Positions 1-13,835 of a stretch of 64,000 nucleotides of DNA are shown here, piece after piece. The stretch covers positions 5,812 to 69,811 of the forward strand of contig JACOXM010000001.1 of NCBI GenBank assembly GCA_016176285.1, read 5' to 3'. The notes beneath the pieces are model-generated. The model made no database searches and was not told where the DNA came from. It worked only from the letters and a program-made list of their open reading frames with translations. The position numbers were made by a program, and so were the translations under genes. The stretch comes from Candidatus Giovannonibacteria bacterium (GTDB taxonomy: Bacteria; Patescibacteriota; Minisyncoccia; JACPKW01; UBA11713). Each line of letters starts with the position of its first letter. Position 1 is the first letter of the stretch.

Positions 1-819
1 GGTCTAATCGGCAGGAATCTGGAAACGGTGAATCTGGGGCTGCAAAAGCCGTATGGGCTGATTCTTTTAACCGGCCCGACCGGTTCCGGAAAGACCACGA
101 CCCTTTATTCCATGTTGCAGACTCTGAATGAAGAAAAATATAACATTGTAAGTTTGGAAGATCCGATAGAGTACAATATCGGCGGTATCAATCAATCGCA
201 GGTGCGTCCGGAGATAGGGTATGATTTTGCTTCCGGCCTCCGTTCTATTTTAAGGCAAGATCCTGATATAATAATGGTAGGGGAAATCAGAGATCGCGAA
301 ACCGCCCAACTCGCGATTCACGCGGCCCTTACCGGACACATTGTTCTTTCAACATTGCACACTAACTCTGCTATCGGAGTCATTCCGAGGCTGATAGACA
401 TGGGAGTGGAGCCGTACTTGCTCCCGCCAACGCTTAATTTGGCGATAGGACAAAGGCTTGTGAGGACTCTTTGCCCCGATTCAAAGAAAGCCGTTCCCCT
501 AAAGGACAGCGTTAAGGATAAAATTGATGAGGAACTGAAAGACATGTCGTCGGAAGTAAAGAAAACTATAGTTTTTCCAAAGGAAATCTATCAGGCGCTT
601 CCGTCTTCCACCTGCCCTAAGGGCACCTCGGGAAGAATGGGTGTTTTTGAGGTCTTATCTATGACTCCGGAACTAGAGAAAATTATTTTGAAATCTCCGA
701 CTGAAGCCGCGATTTTAGAAGAGTCCCGCAGGCAGGGGATGATAACTATGCGCGAAGACGGTATTTTAAAGGTCCTTCAGGGTAAAATTGGTTTAGAGGA
801 GTTATCTGAAACTACATAA
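1..819 (+). CDS. pilB: Type IV pilus assembly ATPase PilB/GspE family (5'-partial)
   Basis: Walker A GPTGSGKTTT, LEDPIEY, LRQDPDIIMVGEIRD, STLHTN. Frame is open back to base 1. Confidence 0.93.
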   Translation, partial: GLIGRNLETVNLGLQKPYGLILLTGPTGSGKTTTLYSMLQTLNEEKYNIVSLEDPIEYNIGGINQSQVRPEIGYDFASGLRSILRQDPDIIMVGEIRDRETAQLAIHAALTGHIVLSTLHTNSAIGVIPRLIDMGVEPYLLPPTLNLAIGQRLVRTLCPDSKKAVPLKDSVKDKIDEELKDMSSEVKKTIVFPKEIYQALPSSTCPKGTSGRMGVFEVLSMTPELEKIILKSPTEAAILEESRRQGMITMREDGILKVLQGKIGLEELSETT

Positions 820-824
820 TATTT

Positions 825-1211
825 ATGGCAAATAGTGATAAAAAAATTTTGATTGTAGACGACGACGAATTTTTATTAGATATGTATTCGCTCAAATTTC
901 GTGAAGCTGGTTTTCAGGTGGAGCTAGCGCACGGGGGGGAGGATGCTTTAAAACTTTTGCGCGAAGGATTGGCGCCCGATTTGATTCTGCTTGATATAGT
1001 AATGCCTACGATCGATGGATTTGAATTTTTGAAAATTGCCGGAAACGAAAATCTGAAAAAGAATTCCCGCATTATCGTGCTTTCTAATTTAGGCCAGAAG
1101 GAAGATATTGAAAGGGGAATTTCTCTGGGTGCTGAAGATTATATTGTCAAAGCCAATTCGACCCCCTCCGAAGTAGTTAAAAAAATTCAATCCGTTTTAA
1201 ATAAAAAATAA
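825..1211 (+). CDS. Single-domain response regulator (receiver)
   Basis: ILIVDDD, PDLILLDIVMP (phospho-Asp), SN..., GAEDYIVK. Confidence 0.92.
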   Translation: MANSDKKILIVDDDEFLLDMYSLKFREAGFQVELAHGGEDALKLLREGLAPDLILLDIVMPTIDGFEFLKIAGNENLKKNSRIIVLSNLGQKEDIERGISLGAEDYIVKANSTPSEVVKKIQSVLNKK

Positions 1212-1215
1212 AAAT

Positions 1216-2298
1216 ATGGCTACGGATTTTCAAGCTGAATTAAAAGAATTGATTCAAATCGTTTTACGCGAGCAGGCCTCTGATTTGCATATATCTGCTG
1301 GGCGCCACCCGACAGTGCGGGTAGGAGGAAAACTAATGCCGCTTGAAAATAGGCCGATCCTTGTTCCCGAGGCGACAAGAGGACTTATACTTGCGATGCT
1401 GGACGAAAATTTACAGGCGAAGCTATTAAGTGAACTTGAACTGGATTTTTCCTATAGCTTTGAAGATAAGGCGCGTTTTAGAGTTAACGCTTTTTTTGAA
1501 AGGGGATTTTTGGCGGCTGCCCTTCGGCTTGTCCCCGTGGGTATAAAAACTTTGGAAGAGTTGAATTTGCCGGAAATGCTTTCAGATTTTACAAGAAAAA
1601 AACAAGGTTTTTTTCTTGTTGTGGGGCCTACGGGACACGGAAAATCAACTACCCTTGCTTCGCTTGTAAACATAATTAATCAGGACCGCTTTGAACATAT
1701 AGTTACGATCGAAGATCCGATTGAATTTCTTTTCACGCAGGATAAATCTATCATTGACCAGCGCGAAGTCGGTTTTGATACAAAAGGGTTTCACAGGGCG
1801 CTCCGCTCTATGTTTAGGCAAGACGTAAATGTCGCGATGATCGGCGAGATGAGGGACCATCCTACCATTTCCGCGGCTGTAACCGCGGCGGAAACTGGGC
1901 ATTTGATCCTGTCCTCTTTACACACAAACAACGCCGCGCAGACAATAGACAGGATTATTGACGCGTTTCCCTCTACCCAGCAGAACCAAATTCGCCTACA
2001 GCTCTCAATGAGCCTTATCGGCATATTTTCACAAAGGCTTGTGCCGAGAATTTCCGGAGGATTAATCCCGGCATACGAAATGCTCATTGCAAACACGGCT
2101 GTAAAAAATCTTATTCGGGAAAATAAAGTGCACGAGATTGATATTATTATTGAGACGAGTTCGGAATTGGGTATGATCACGATGAATAAATCTTTGGCAA
2201 CTCTTGTCGAAAAAGAGGAGATAACGCTCGACACCGCCATTTCCTATTCACTCGATCCCAAGGGGTTGGCTAGTTTAATCGGTAAGCCTAAGCGCTAA
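1216..2298 (+). CDS. pilT: Type IV pilus retraction ATPase PilT
   Basis: ASDLHIS, RFRVNAF, GPTGHGKSTT, EDPIE, GEMRD, AAETGHL, AVKNLIRE. Confidence 0.93.
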   Translation: MATDFQAELKELIQIVLREQASDLHISAGRHPTVRVGGKLMPLENRPILVPEATRGLILAMLDENLQAKLLSELELDFSYSFEDKARFRVNAFFERGFLAAALRLVPVGIKTLEELNLPEMLSDFTRKKQGFFLVVGPTGHGKSTTLASLVNIINQDRFEHIVTIEDPIEFLFTQDKSIIDQREVGFDTKGFHRALRSMFRQDVNVAMIGEMRDHPTISAAVTAAETGHLILSSLHTNNAAQTIDRIIDAFPSTQQNQIRLQLSMSLIGIFSQRLVPRISGGLIPAYEMLIANTAVKNLIRENKVHEIDIIIETSSELGMITMNKSLATLVEKEEITLDTAISYSLDPKGLASLIGKPKR

Positions 2299-2300
2299 TT

Positions 2301-3515
2301 ATGGCCATTTTTCAATACAATGCTCGAACTATTTCCGGCGAGGCAAAATCAGGCCAAGTCGAAGCTCCGAACATGGAGCTAGCGATCTCGGCGCTTCAAA
2401 GGAGGTCGCTTGTAATACTGTCTCTGGTCCCTGCCGAAGATTCCCTGCCCTGGTATAAAAAAGAAATTTTTAGCTTCGGTAGCGGGATAAAATTACGCGA
2501 TGTGGTTATTTTATCGAGGCAGATGGCCACCTTGTTTGAAGCAAGGGTTCCCGTTGTAGATTCTCTGAAAGTTTTATCGAATGAAACTATGAAGCCAAAG
2601 CTCAAGAAAGCATTAACTGAAATTTCGCAGGATATTCAGGGCGGGCTTTCCATAACTCAGGCAATGTCGCGGCATCCCGAAGTTTTTTCCGACTTCTATG
2701 TAAATATGGTCCGTTCCGGAGAAGAATCCGGAAAACTTGAAGAAATTTTTTCGTATCTCGCGGATTATCTTGATAGAAGTTATGAACTTGTTTCCAAGGC
2801 GAGAAATGCTTTGATTTATCCTATTTTCGTTTTTATTGTATTTATCGCCGTTATGGCTTTAGTTATGGTTTTTATTATCCCGCAGGTTTCCAAGATTCTC
2901 ATTGAAAGCGGGGCGGAAATTCCAATATATACGCGGATAATTATGTCGTTATCCGATTTCCTTCGCAGTTATGGGATCGTACTTCTTATGTTAATTGTCC
3001 TTGGGGGATTATTTTTGTGGAGATACTCTAAGACGGAGAAAGGAAGTATGGCCATCGCACGCCTGACGCTTGAAACGCCTGTCATGGGAGAGATATTCCG
3101 TAAATTTTACGTAGCCAGGATTACGGACAATCTCGAAACTTTAATAGTCGGAGGGGTTACGGTTTTACGCGCCCTTGAATTGAGTTCCAAAGTTGTCGGG
3201 AATGCCCTTTTCAAACAAATGATCGAGGAGGCGGGGGACGCAGTGCGGGGGGGCGTGCCGATATCAGAGGCATTCGGCAGGTATAAGGATATGCCATTGC
3301 TTGTTGTTCAGATGATAAAAATTGGAGAGGAGACAGGCAAGCTCGATTTTATGCTTAAAACATTGGCTCGTTTTTATAGAAAAGAGGTGGAAAACACTGT
3401 GGATAACCTAGTGGGCTTAATTGAGCCGGTAATGATAATTTTCCTCGGAATAGGCGTTGCCATTCTGGTCGTTTCCGTGTTGATGCCGATATACAACATT
3501 TCGGCCGTTCTTTGA
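2301..3515 (+). CDS. pilC: Type IV pilus inner-membrane platform protein PilC/GspF
   Basis: Two T2SSF repeats (SGEESGKLE; IGEETGKLD), ALIYP, LIEP..PIY. Confidence 0.93.
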   Translation: MAIFQYNARTISGEAKSGQVEAPNMELAISALQRRSLVILSLVPAEDSLPWYKKEIFSFGSGIKLRDVVILSRQMATLFEARVPVVDSLKVLSNETMKPKLKKALTEISQDIQGGLSITQAMSRHPEVFSDFYVNMVRSGEESGKLEEIFSYLADYLDRSYELVSKARNALIYPIFVFIVFIAVMALVMVFIIPQVSKILIESGAEIPIYTRIIMSLSDFLRSYGIVLLMLIVLGGLFLWRYSKTEKGSMAIARLTLETPVMGEIFRKFYVARITDNLETLIVGGVTVLRALELSSKVVGNALFKQMIEEAGDAVRGGVPISEAFGRYKDMPLLVVQMIKIGEETGKLDFMLKTLARFYRKEVENTVDNLVGLIEPVMIIFLGIGVAILVVSVLMPIYNISAVL

Positions 3516-3619
3516 TTTTGCGCTATTTTATCCACAGTTTTATAAGCTTTTTTAAAATATACTAAATATAAGATGAAACTAATCTTAAAGGTCGTTTTTT
3601 GTAGAAATATTTATTTCAA

Positions 3620-4051
3620 ATGAAAATTTTGAAAAACAAAGGGTTTACCCTGATAGAGCTCTTGGTTGTTATCGCCATAATCGGCATTCTTGCTTCTGTA
3701 GTGTTGGCTTCCCTTAACACCGCGAGGAACCGCGGAAACGACGCTAAAACAAAATCGCAATTAGCCGGATTAAGGACTGCCGCAGAGTTGTATTATGACC
3801 AGAACGGAAACTACGGCGCTGCTGCTACTGCCTGTACTGCCGCAATGTTTATTGATTCAACCAATAAGGTTATCAACTACACGACATCAACTGCTTACCC
3901 GTCTGGAGTTACCTTGGTTTGTAACTCGAGCGGAACTGCATATGCGGTTCAGGCAAACATGTTGAGCACCTCGAACTACTGGTGCGTTGACAGTACAGGA
4001 GCTTCGAAAACCGAAACAGCCGCTCTTGGAACAGCTACAGCCTGTCCATAA
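3620..4051 (+). CDS. Type IV pilin (probable major pilin)
   Basis: KGFTLIELLVVIAIIGILA class III signal, C-terminal YWCVDSTG, own terminator. Confidence 0.92.
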   Translation: MKILKNKGFTLIELLVVIAIIGILASVVLASLNTARNRGNDAKTKSQLAGLRTAAELYYDQNGNYGAAATACTAAMFIDSTNKVINYTTSTAYPSGVTLVCNSSGTAYAVQANMLSTSNYWCVDSTGASKTETAALGTATACP

Positions 4052-4071
4052 GGTTTTTCTCTGGTAAGGAA

Positions 4072-4110
4072 AAAGAAAACCCGCCGAGTTACATGTGGCG
4101 GGTTTTCTTT
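4072..4110 (+). terminator. Intrinsic terminator after first pilin
   Basis: AAAGAAAACCCGCC-11 nt-GGCGGGTTTTCTTT inverted repeat. Confidence 0.8.
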
Positions 4111-4122
4111 TATAATTAAAAA

Positions 4123-4593
4123 ATGAAGAAGGGGTTCACTATGATAGAGCTTCTGGTTGTAATTGCAATAATTGGCATTTTAGCGACGATCATCCTGGCG
4201 GCTGTGACTGAATCAAGGACACGCGCGGCAGATACGAAAGTAAGGGCGCAGGTTACGGGTGCGAAGGGTGCGGCGGAAGTTTATTTTGGTGCTAACTCCG
4301 GATACGGGACTTCTAATTTATCGCAAGCTACCGGTTTAGCATCGTGTACTGGGGATTTATATTCAGATACAAATTCAGGGATGAGATTGTACTCAAATGC
4401 AGCAAACTACCCTGGGGGAACCCGCTTGATTTGTGTGGAGAATCTTAGCGAATTTGCTTTCGCGGCTTCTCTTTCAAGCGGTTCCGATTATTGGTGCGTT
4501 GATTCTTCGGGGGATCCCGGCACTATATCTATTTCAAATCCTTCCAGCGTTACAGCCACAGACGATAGCTGCACTAAACTCGATGCCCGCTAG
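4123..4593 (+). CDS. Type IV pilin, paralog of the preceding pilin
   Basis: KKGFTMIELLVVIAIIGILA, YWCVDSSG. Confidence 0.9.
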   Translation: MKKGFTMIELLVVIAIIGILATIILAAVTESRTRAADTKVRAQVTGAKGAAEVYFGANSGYGTSNLSQATGLASCTGDLYSDTNSGMRLYSNAANYPGGTRLICVENLSEFAFAASLSSGSDYWCVDSSGDPGTISISNPSSVTATDDSCTKLDAR

Positions 4594-4651
4594 CTCTATC
4601 GAGGTCGGATCTCGATATGGCGGTATGCAGATTTGAGTTTAAAATGTGTAT

Positions 4652-5431
4652 ATGCTTTATTTTTGGATTTATTGGTTGATTGTTTTTGTTTTAGGCCTCT
4701 CTGTAGGGAGTTTTATTAATTCTTTTGTTCTTCGCTATAATACCGGTGAAAAAATCGCGAACGAGCGGTCGCGCTGTTTTAAATGCGGACATGCACTCGG
4801 GTGGAGGGAGCTAATACCAATTTTTAGTTTTATTTTATTAAAGGGGAGATGCAAAAGTTGCCAGAGCGTTATTTCGTGGCAATATCCAGCCGTCGAAATT
4901 TTAACCGGACTTGTTTTTTTAGGATTTTATATCGAATGGGTAAATAAATATTCTTCGGGCGGGTACGGGGCGCTCGTTTATCTGTTGTTATTTGCCTCGA
5001 TACTGATTGCGATCTCGTTGTACGACCTAATGCATAAAATAATTCCGGATTCTTTTTCTTATTTTTTGGCCGCTGTCGCCCTTTTGGGAAATTTTATTTT
5101 TTTTAATATAAATTTGTATGAGCTTTTATTAAGCCTTATCCCCGCGGGCTTCCTTTTTTTTCTGTGGCTTTTCTCCAGGGGGAAATGGATGGGCCTCGGG
5201 GATGCAAAATTGATGGTAGGCGGGGGAATTTTTCTGGGTGTTCGCACTAGTCTAGCCGCGTTAATGATTGGTTTTTGGATCGGTGCATTGTTTGGAATAT
5301 TCTTGCTTTTGACTAATCCCAAGACTACAATAAAGAGTGAGATTCCGTTTGGGCCTTTTTTGGCTCTCGGAATCGTAATCGCTTTTTTATTCTCCGATTA
5401 TTTGGATTTGTTAACAATTTTTTATGCATAA
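4652..5431 (+). CDS. pilD: Prepilin peptidase
   Basis: GSFIN, RSRCFKCGH, GRCKSC, YD..IIPD, MGLGDAKL, IPFGPFL. ATG at 4652 preferred over GTG at 4646. Confidence 0.92.
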   Translation: MLYFWIYWLIVFVLGLSVGSFINSFVLRYNTGEKIANERSRCFKCGHALGWRELIPIFSFILLKGRCKSCQSVISWQYPAVEILTGLVFLGFYIEWVNKYSSGGYGALVYLLLFASILIAISLYDLMHKIIPDSFSYFLAAVALLGNFIFFNINLYELLLSLIPAGFLFFLWLFSRGKWMGLGDAKLMVGGGIFLGVRTSLAALMIGFWIGALFGIFLLLTNPKTTIKSEIPFGPFLALGIVIAFLFSDYLDLLTIFYA

Positions 5432-5822
5432 AAAGAAACAAAATAATCTGGATTCAGGCACTTTATTTTGGGGCGGAATAGGGATTTTGCTAATTATTGT
5501 ATTTGTTTTTTCATTCTATTTAAGGAATTTTTCAAGTGATCTTGTTAATCTCAAAATTGATTTCGGTAATGGCACGATGAGAAATTTTCAAAGCGCTTAT
5601 AAACCGGGGTTAACAGCATGGTCATTGCTTCAGCAAGCGAACGCTGTTTATAGTATTCCTATCGAAATCGAAGGCACTTTCAGGCCGAAATCCATCGGGG
5701 AAAGAAAGAATGGGGAAGAAGGCAAGCACTGGAACTTTTACTTGAACGGAAAAATTCAGCAAAAAAGCCCGTTTGAAATTAATCTTTCGGGGGGCGAAAC
5801 AATTCTTTTTAAATTCGAATAG
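5424..5822 (+). CDS. Membrane-anchored DUF4430-like (beta-grasp) protein
   Basis: N-terminal TM helix; TAWSLL...SIG..KNG...WNFYLNG...L..GETI.F pattern. Confidence 0.65.
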   Translation: MHKKKQNNLDSGTLFWGGIGILLIIVFVFSFYLRNFSSDLVNLKIDFGNGTMRNFQSAYKPGLTAWSLLQQANAVYSIPIEIEGTFRPKSIGERKNGEEGKHWNFYLNGKIQQKSPFEINLSGGETILFKFE

Positions 5823-6388
5823 TGAAAGGTTTTACTATTTTTGAAGTTGTAATAACTGCATCGATAATCGCGATTATTTCCGCCGCGCTTTTGGGAAATT
5901 ATACCGTTTTTGCCGCACGGATGAATTTACGACGCGCCGCCCAGCAAATGGCTTTTTCTATCCGCGAGGTTCAGGCCTCGGCATTTGCTGTTCGCGGGTT
6001 TGATCCGGATGGAACGGGCCCCCTGGCGCCGGTTTTTAATGGTTGGGGGGCGAATTTTGACAAAACAATCTCACTTACCGAATACAGGATTTTTGTGGAT
6101 TTAAATGGGGATAATCTATATCAGTCGGGTGAGCTTGTTAAAACCGTGTCCATACCCAACAACGTAAAAATTTTAAATCTTTGCGCGGGCTTGAAGTCCG
6201 GGGACGTAGTCGACGATGATTGCACTCTCTCGAGGCTTGATATTTTTTATCAAAGGCCGAATCCGGACACTGCTCTAAAAGGCAATGGGGCAACCGCATA
6301 TTCCGATTTGGAAATTCAAATCCAGGGGACGGAGGGGTCTGTACGCACGGTCGTAGTTTTAAAAAGTGGACAAATTTCAACTGAATAA
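5822..6388 (+). CDS. Minor pilin (FimT/GspH-like)
   Basis: KGFTIFEVVIT class III signal peptide. Confidence 0.8.
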   Translation: MKGFTIFEVVITASIIAIISAALLGNYTVFAARMNLRRAAQQMAFSIREVQASAFAVRGFDPDGTGPLAPVFNGWGANFDKTISLTEYRIFVDLNGDNLYQSGELVKTVSIPNNVKILNLCAGLKSGDVVDDDCTLSRLDIFYQRPNPDTALKGNGATAYSDLEIQIQGTEGSVRTVVVLKSGQISTE

Positions 6389-6389
6389 A

Positions 6390-6908
6390 ATGGAAACAAA
6401 AAAAGGATTTACGCTGGTTGAAACTATTGTATCGATAGCGCTTCTAACGCTCGCGATAACCGGGCCGCTTTCCGTGGCCACTTTCGCGCTTAGGTCTTCC
6501 AGTATCTCGGAAAATGAAATTGTCGCATATAATCTTGTTGAAGAGGGGTTAGAATACATAAAAAATAAAATTGATACGAATACTTTTACAAGCGGGGCCC
6601 AGTGGCGGGATGGGCTTTCCGAGTGCGAATCTGGAAATGGCTGCGATATTGATGCGATTTCCTGGGCAATAATATCTTGCCCGGGGGGAATTTGCCCGGT
6701 GCTCCGCAGAAGTTCTTTAACCGGATTATATACACATGCCGCGGCTTCCGCAGATAATACGGATACTATTTTTACGCGCAGGATTTTACTTGATAATGTG
6801 CCCGGAGCGGGAAATGACGAGCAAGAGCTCGCGGTTACTATTTCATGGCCGGAAAGGGATTCCACCCATTCTTTTACGATTACCAGCCATGTTTTTAAGC
6901 GAAGATGA
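6390..6908 (+). CDS. Minor pilin (PilV-like)
   Basis: METKKGFTLVETIV; ATG at 6390; AYNLVEEGLEYI. Confidence 0.82.
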   Translation: METKKGFTLVETIVSIALLTLAITGPLSVATFALRSSSISENEIVAYNLVEEGLEYIKNKIDTNTFTSGAQWRDGLSECESGNGCDIDAISWAIISCPGGICPVLRRSSLTGLYTHAAASADNTDTIFTRRILLDNVPGAGNDEQELAVTISWPERDSTHSFTITSHVFKRR

Positions 6909-7483
6909 GGCGCGGTTTTACCTTACTCGAAATTCTAATATCTCTCGGGGTTTTTTCTATTGCCGTTTTTATTATTTTGACTGTTCTTTTTTCCGTGTCA
7001 GACGCGCAGAAAAAAACAATTGCAGTTCAAAATGCTCAGGATAACCTCCGTTATGCGTTTGAAGCCATGACTAAGGAAATAAGAACGGGAAAAGTTTTTC
7101 ACTGCGGGACGGGAGGAAGCCTAACTTCCCCGCAGAATTGCGCGTATCCGAACGGAGAAAGCTCCTTCACGTTTAGAAACAGCGCTGGACAGGTTGTTAC
7201 TTATCAAGTGATTTCTAACCAGCTTGTAAAATCTTCCAATGGCACGATTCCGTGCGATCCAGATCCGAATGACGTTACTGATTGCCAAAAAATCACAGCT
7301 ATTGATTTAGTCCTGATAGATAAGATGGTTTTCTACGCGGACGGAACTTTAGGCTCCGACAGCGCGCAATCGCGCGTTACCATTGTATTAGACGGCGAGG
7401 TTCAAGATCCGCGGAATATTGGAACCGCAAAAATTAATTTACAAACCACTGTTTCCAAAAGAGGATTAATTGACCAGCCATGA
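6905..7483 (+). CDS. Minor pilin (PilW-like)
   Basis: MRRGFTLLEILIS; MTKEIRTG; LQTTVSKR. Confidence 0.82.
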   Translation: MRRGFTLLEILISLGVFSIAVFIILTVLFSVSDAQKKTIAVQNAQDNLRYAFEAMTKEIRTGKVFHCGTGGSLTSPQNCAYPNGESSFTFRNSAGQVVTYQVISNQLVKSSNGTIPCDPDPNDVTDCQKITAIDLVLIDKMVFYADGTLGSDSAQSRVTIVLDGEVQDPRNIGTAKINLQTTVSKRGLIDQP

Positions 7484-8013
7484 TTCAAAATAGAGGATTT
7501 ACTTTGTTATTAAGCCTTCTGATTGTGTCAATTATTTTGGCGGTAAGCTTGGGCGTTTCGGATATTATTAGCGGAGAAATTTTTCTTGCGAATACCGGGC
7601 GCCAATCCCAGGCAGCGTTTTATGCCGCGGATGCGGGAGTGGAGTGCGCAATTTATTGGGATACCGTTCACGATGGGTATTCCCAGAGTTTATTTGCAAC
7701 GTCCACGGCGAGTTCAAACACGGAAAATAATGCATGCGCGAGTAAAAATATTTCTAATGTGGGGGGCTGGCAATCTTGTTCTCCTGCTTGTACGGGGCCC
7801 GATGATAAGAAGGAAGGGGTCAGTTCTTTCACTATTACTTTCGATAACGGATCTTGCGCCAATATTAGCGTAACAAAGCGTGAAAACTATAGCCTTGCCG
7901 TACCCGTTATTGAAACTTTTATCCGTTCCGACGGGCATGACCGCGGGGATGCTAACTGCAATGTTTCCGGGAGAGTCTTTCAGAGGAGCCTTACTGCAAC
8001 GATTTACGAATAA
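7480..8013 (+). CDS. Minor pilin, PilX/GspK-like (no Glu5)
   Basis: RGFTLLLSLL; SQAAFYAADAGVECA PilX N-terminal motif. Confidence 0.78.
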   Translation: MIQNRGFTLLLSLLIVSIILAVSLGVSDIISGEIFLANTGRQSQAAFYAADAGVECAIYWDTVHDGYSQSLFATSTASSNTENNACASKNISNVGGWQSCSPACTGPDDKKEGVSSFTITFDNGSCANISVTKRENYSLAVPVIETFIRSDGHDRGDANCNVSGRVFQRSLTATIYE

Positions 8014-8028
8014 ATATTAATTTTGTAA

Positions 8029-11842
<3,814 letters not shown>

Positions 11843-11846
<4 letters not shown>

Positions 11847-13540
11847 GCGAAACACGAGTGTGTCAAAATTGTAATAGTGATTTCCAGATCGAACCCGAGG
11901 ATTTTAAATTTTACGAAAAAATGCAGGTGCCTGCTCCGACATTTTGCCCGGAATGCAGATTTCAAAGGCGTCTCATGTTCAGAAACGAAAGAGCGCTCTA
12001 TAAAGACAAATGCGATCTTTGCGGAAAAGATATGATTTCGATTTTTTCGCCGGATAAACCTTTTAAAGTTTATTGTTTGCCATGCTGGTGGTCGGATAAT
12101 TGGGATCCTTTGGAGTCGGGGTTGGATTATGATCCTGACCGCAATTTTTTTGAGCAAATGAAGGAAGTCCAGTTGAGAACGCCGTTCATGTGCTTGATTA
12201 ACGGTTATACTACTTTAATAAACAGCGATTATGTGAATCATGCCGGTTCTTTAAAAAATTCTTATCTCGTGTATAACGGCGATTATGGAGAAAATATTTA
12301 TTATCTTGAGATATTCACCAATATTAAAGATTCAATGGATTCGACAATGCTCGGAGAGTCAGAATTATGCTATGGAGTTATTAACGGCACAAAACTGCAT
12401 AAAGTATTTTTTTCTGAAGACGTTCGAGAATGCCACAATGTTTATTTTTCCAAGAACATGGTGGGCTGCTCCGATTGTTTCGGTTGCATTAATTTAAAAA
12501 ATAAAAAATATTTTATTTTCAATAAGCCTTTTAGCAAAGAAGAATATGAGAAAAAACTTAAGGAATTAGATATTAATTCATATAAATCTTTTTTGGATTT
12601 AAGAAAAAAAACGATCGAATTTTGGAAAACAATACCTCATAAATTTATTCATGAACGATATAATGAAAATGTTTCAGGAGACTATGTGTATGAATCAAAA
12701 AATGCCCATAATATATACCAAGGCCGTTATATAGAGGATGGAAAATTTGCTCAATTAATTACGCTTCCGCCAGTAAAAGACGTCTATGATTATACGGAAT
12801 GGGGCATGGGAGCTTCGCGTATAATCGATTCGATTACAGCTGGTCTTCAGGCGGATAATATAAAATTTACATTTGGTGCATATGATAATGTTATGAATAT
12901 TGAATATTGCATGTATGTGATTTCTTCTTCTAATATGTTGGGATGTATAAATGTCAGAAAAAAACAGTATTGTATTTTAAATAAGCAATATATAAAAGAA
13001 GAATACGAAAAATTGCGAGCTAAGATAATTGAAGATTTAGAAAAAAATCCTTATATAGACTCAAAGAGCAGAATTTTTAAATATGGAGAGTTTTTGCCGT
13101 ACGATTTGGCCCCTTACGATTACAACGAATCATCTGCGAATTGGTATTTCCCGTTTTCGAAGGAAAAAATTACAGAGAATAGCTGGCGCTGGCATGAAGA
13201 AATTGCTTCTGTATACAAGCCGACAATGAAACTAGAGGATATGCCGGACAGCATTCATGATGTAAAAGACGACATTATAAATGAAATTTTTGAATGCGTA
13301 GATTGCGGAAAAGCTTGGCGCGTAATAAAGCCAGAAATAGATTTATTGAGAAGATTTGACCTTCCGCTTCCCAGAAAATGTCCCAATTGCAGATATAAAG
13401 AAAGACTTTCGCGAATTAATCCGCCAAAGTTATGGGATCGGACTTGCGCTAAATGCGGAAAAGCCATAAAAACAAGTTATGCTCCCGAGCGTCCGGAAAT
13501 TATTTATTGCTCGGGATGTTATCAAGAAGAATTTATTTAA
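11843..13540 (+). CDS. CPR-type Cys-rich hypothetical protein, paralog 2
   Basis: Same motif series as paralog 1; ATGA overlap at 11843-11846. Confidence 0.8.
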
Positions 13541-13541
13541 T

Positions 13542-13835
13542 ATGCTAATTTCTAAAGAAGAAATAAAAAAATTAGCTGAGCTCGCCAGGATACATTTGAC
13601 AGAAGCGGAGGAAAGGAATCTTGAAAAAGATCTCGGGGAGATTTTGAATTACATTGAAAAACTGAAGGAAGTTGATATTTCTAACGTGCCAGAAATGACC
13701 CATGCCACTGAAGTTAAAAATGTTTTTAGAAATGATGAGGAGGGGGAAGGTGCGGATTTATCTCTTCTCTTGGGGCAGTTTCCCGAAAGTAACGACGGAT
13801 ATTTAAAAGTTAAAGGAGTATTTGAGAGAGAATGA
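13542..13835 (+). CDS. gatC: Asp/Glu-tRNA amidotransferase subunit C
   Basis: ISKEEIKKLAELARI...ILNYIEKLKEVD...FRND...YLKV. Confidence 0.92.
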   Translation: MLISKEEIKKLAELARIHLTEAEERNLEKDLGEILNYIEKLKEVDISNVPEMTHATEVKNVFRNDEEGEGADLSLLLGQFPESNDGYLKVKGVFERE

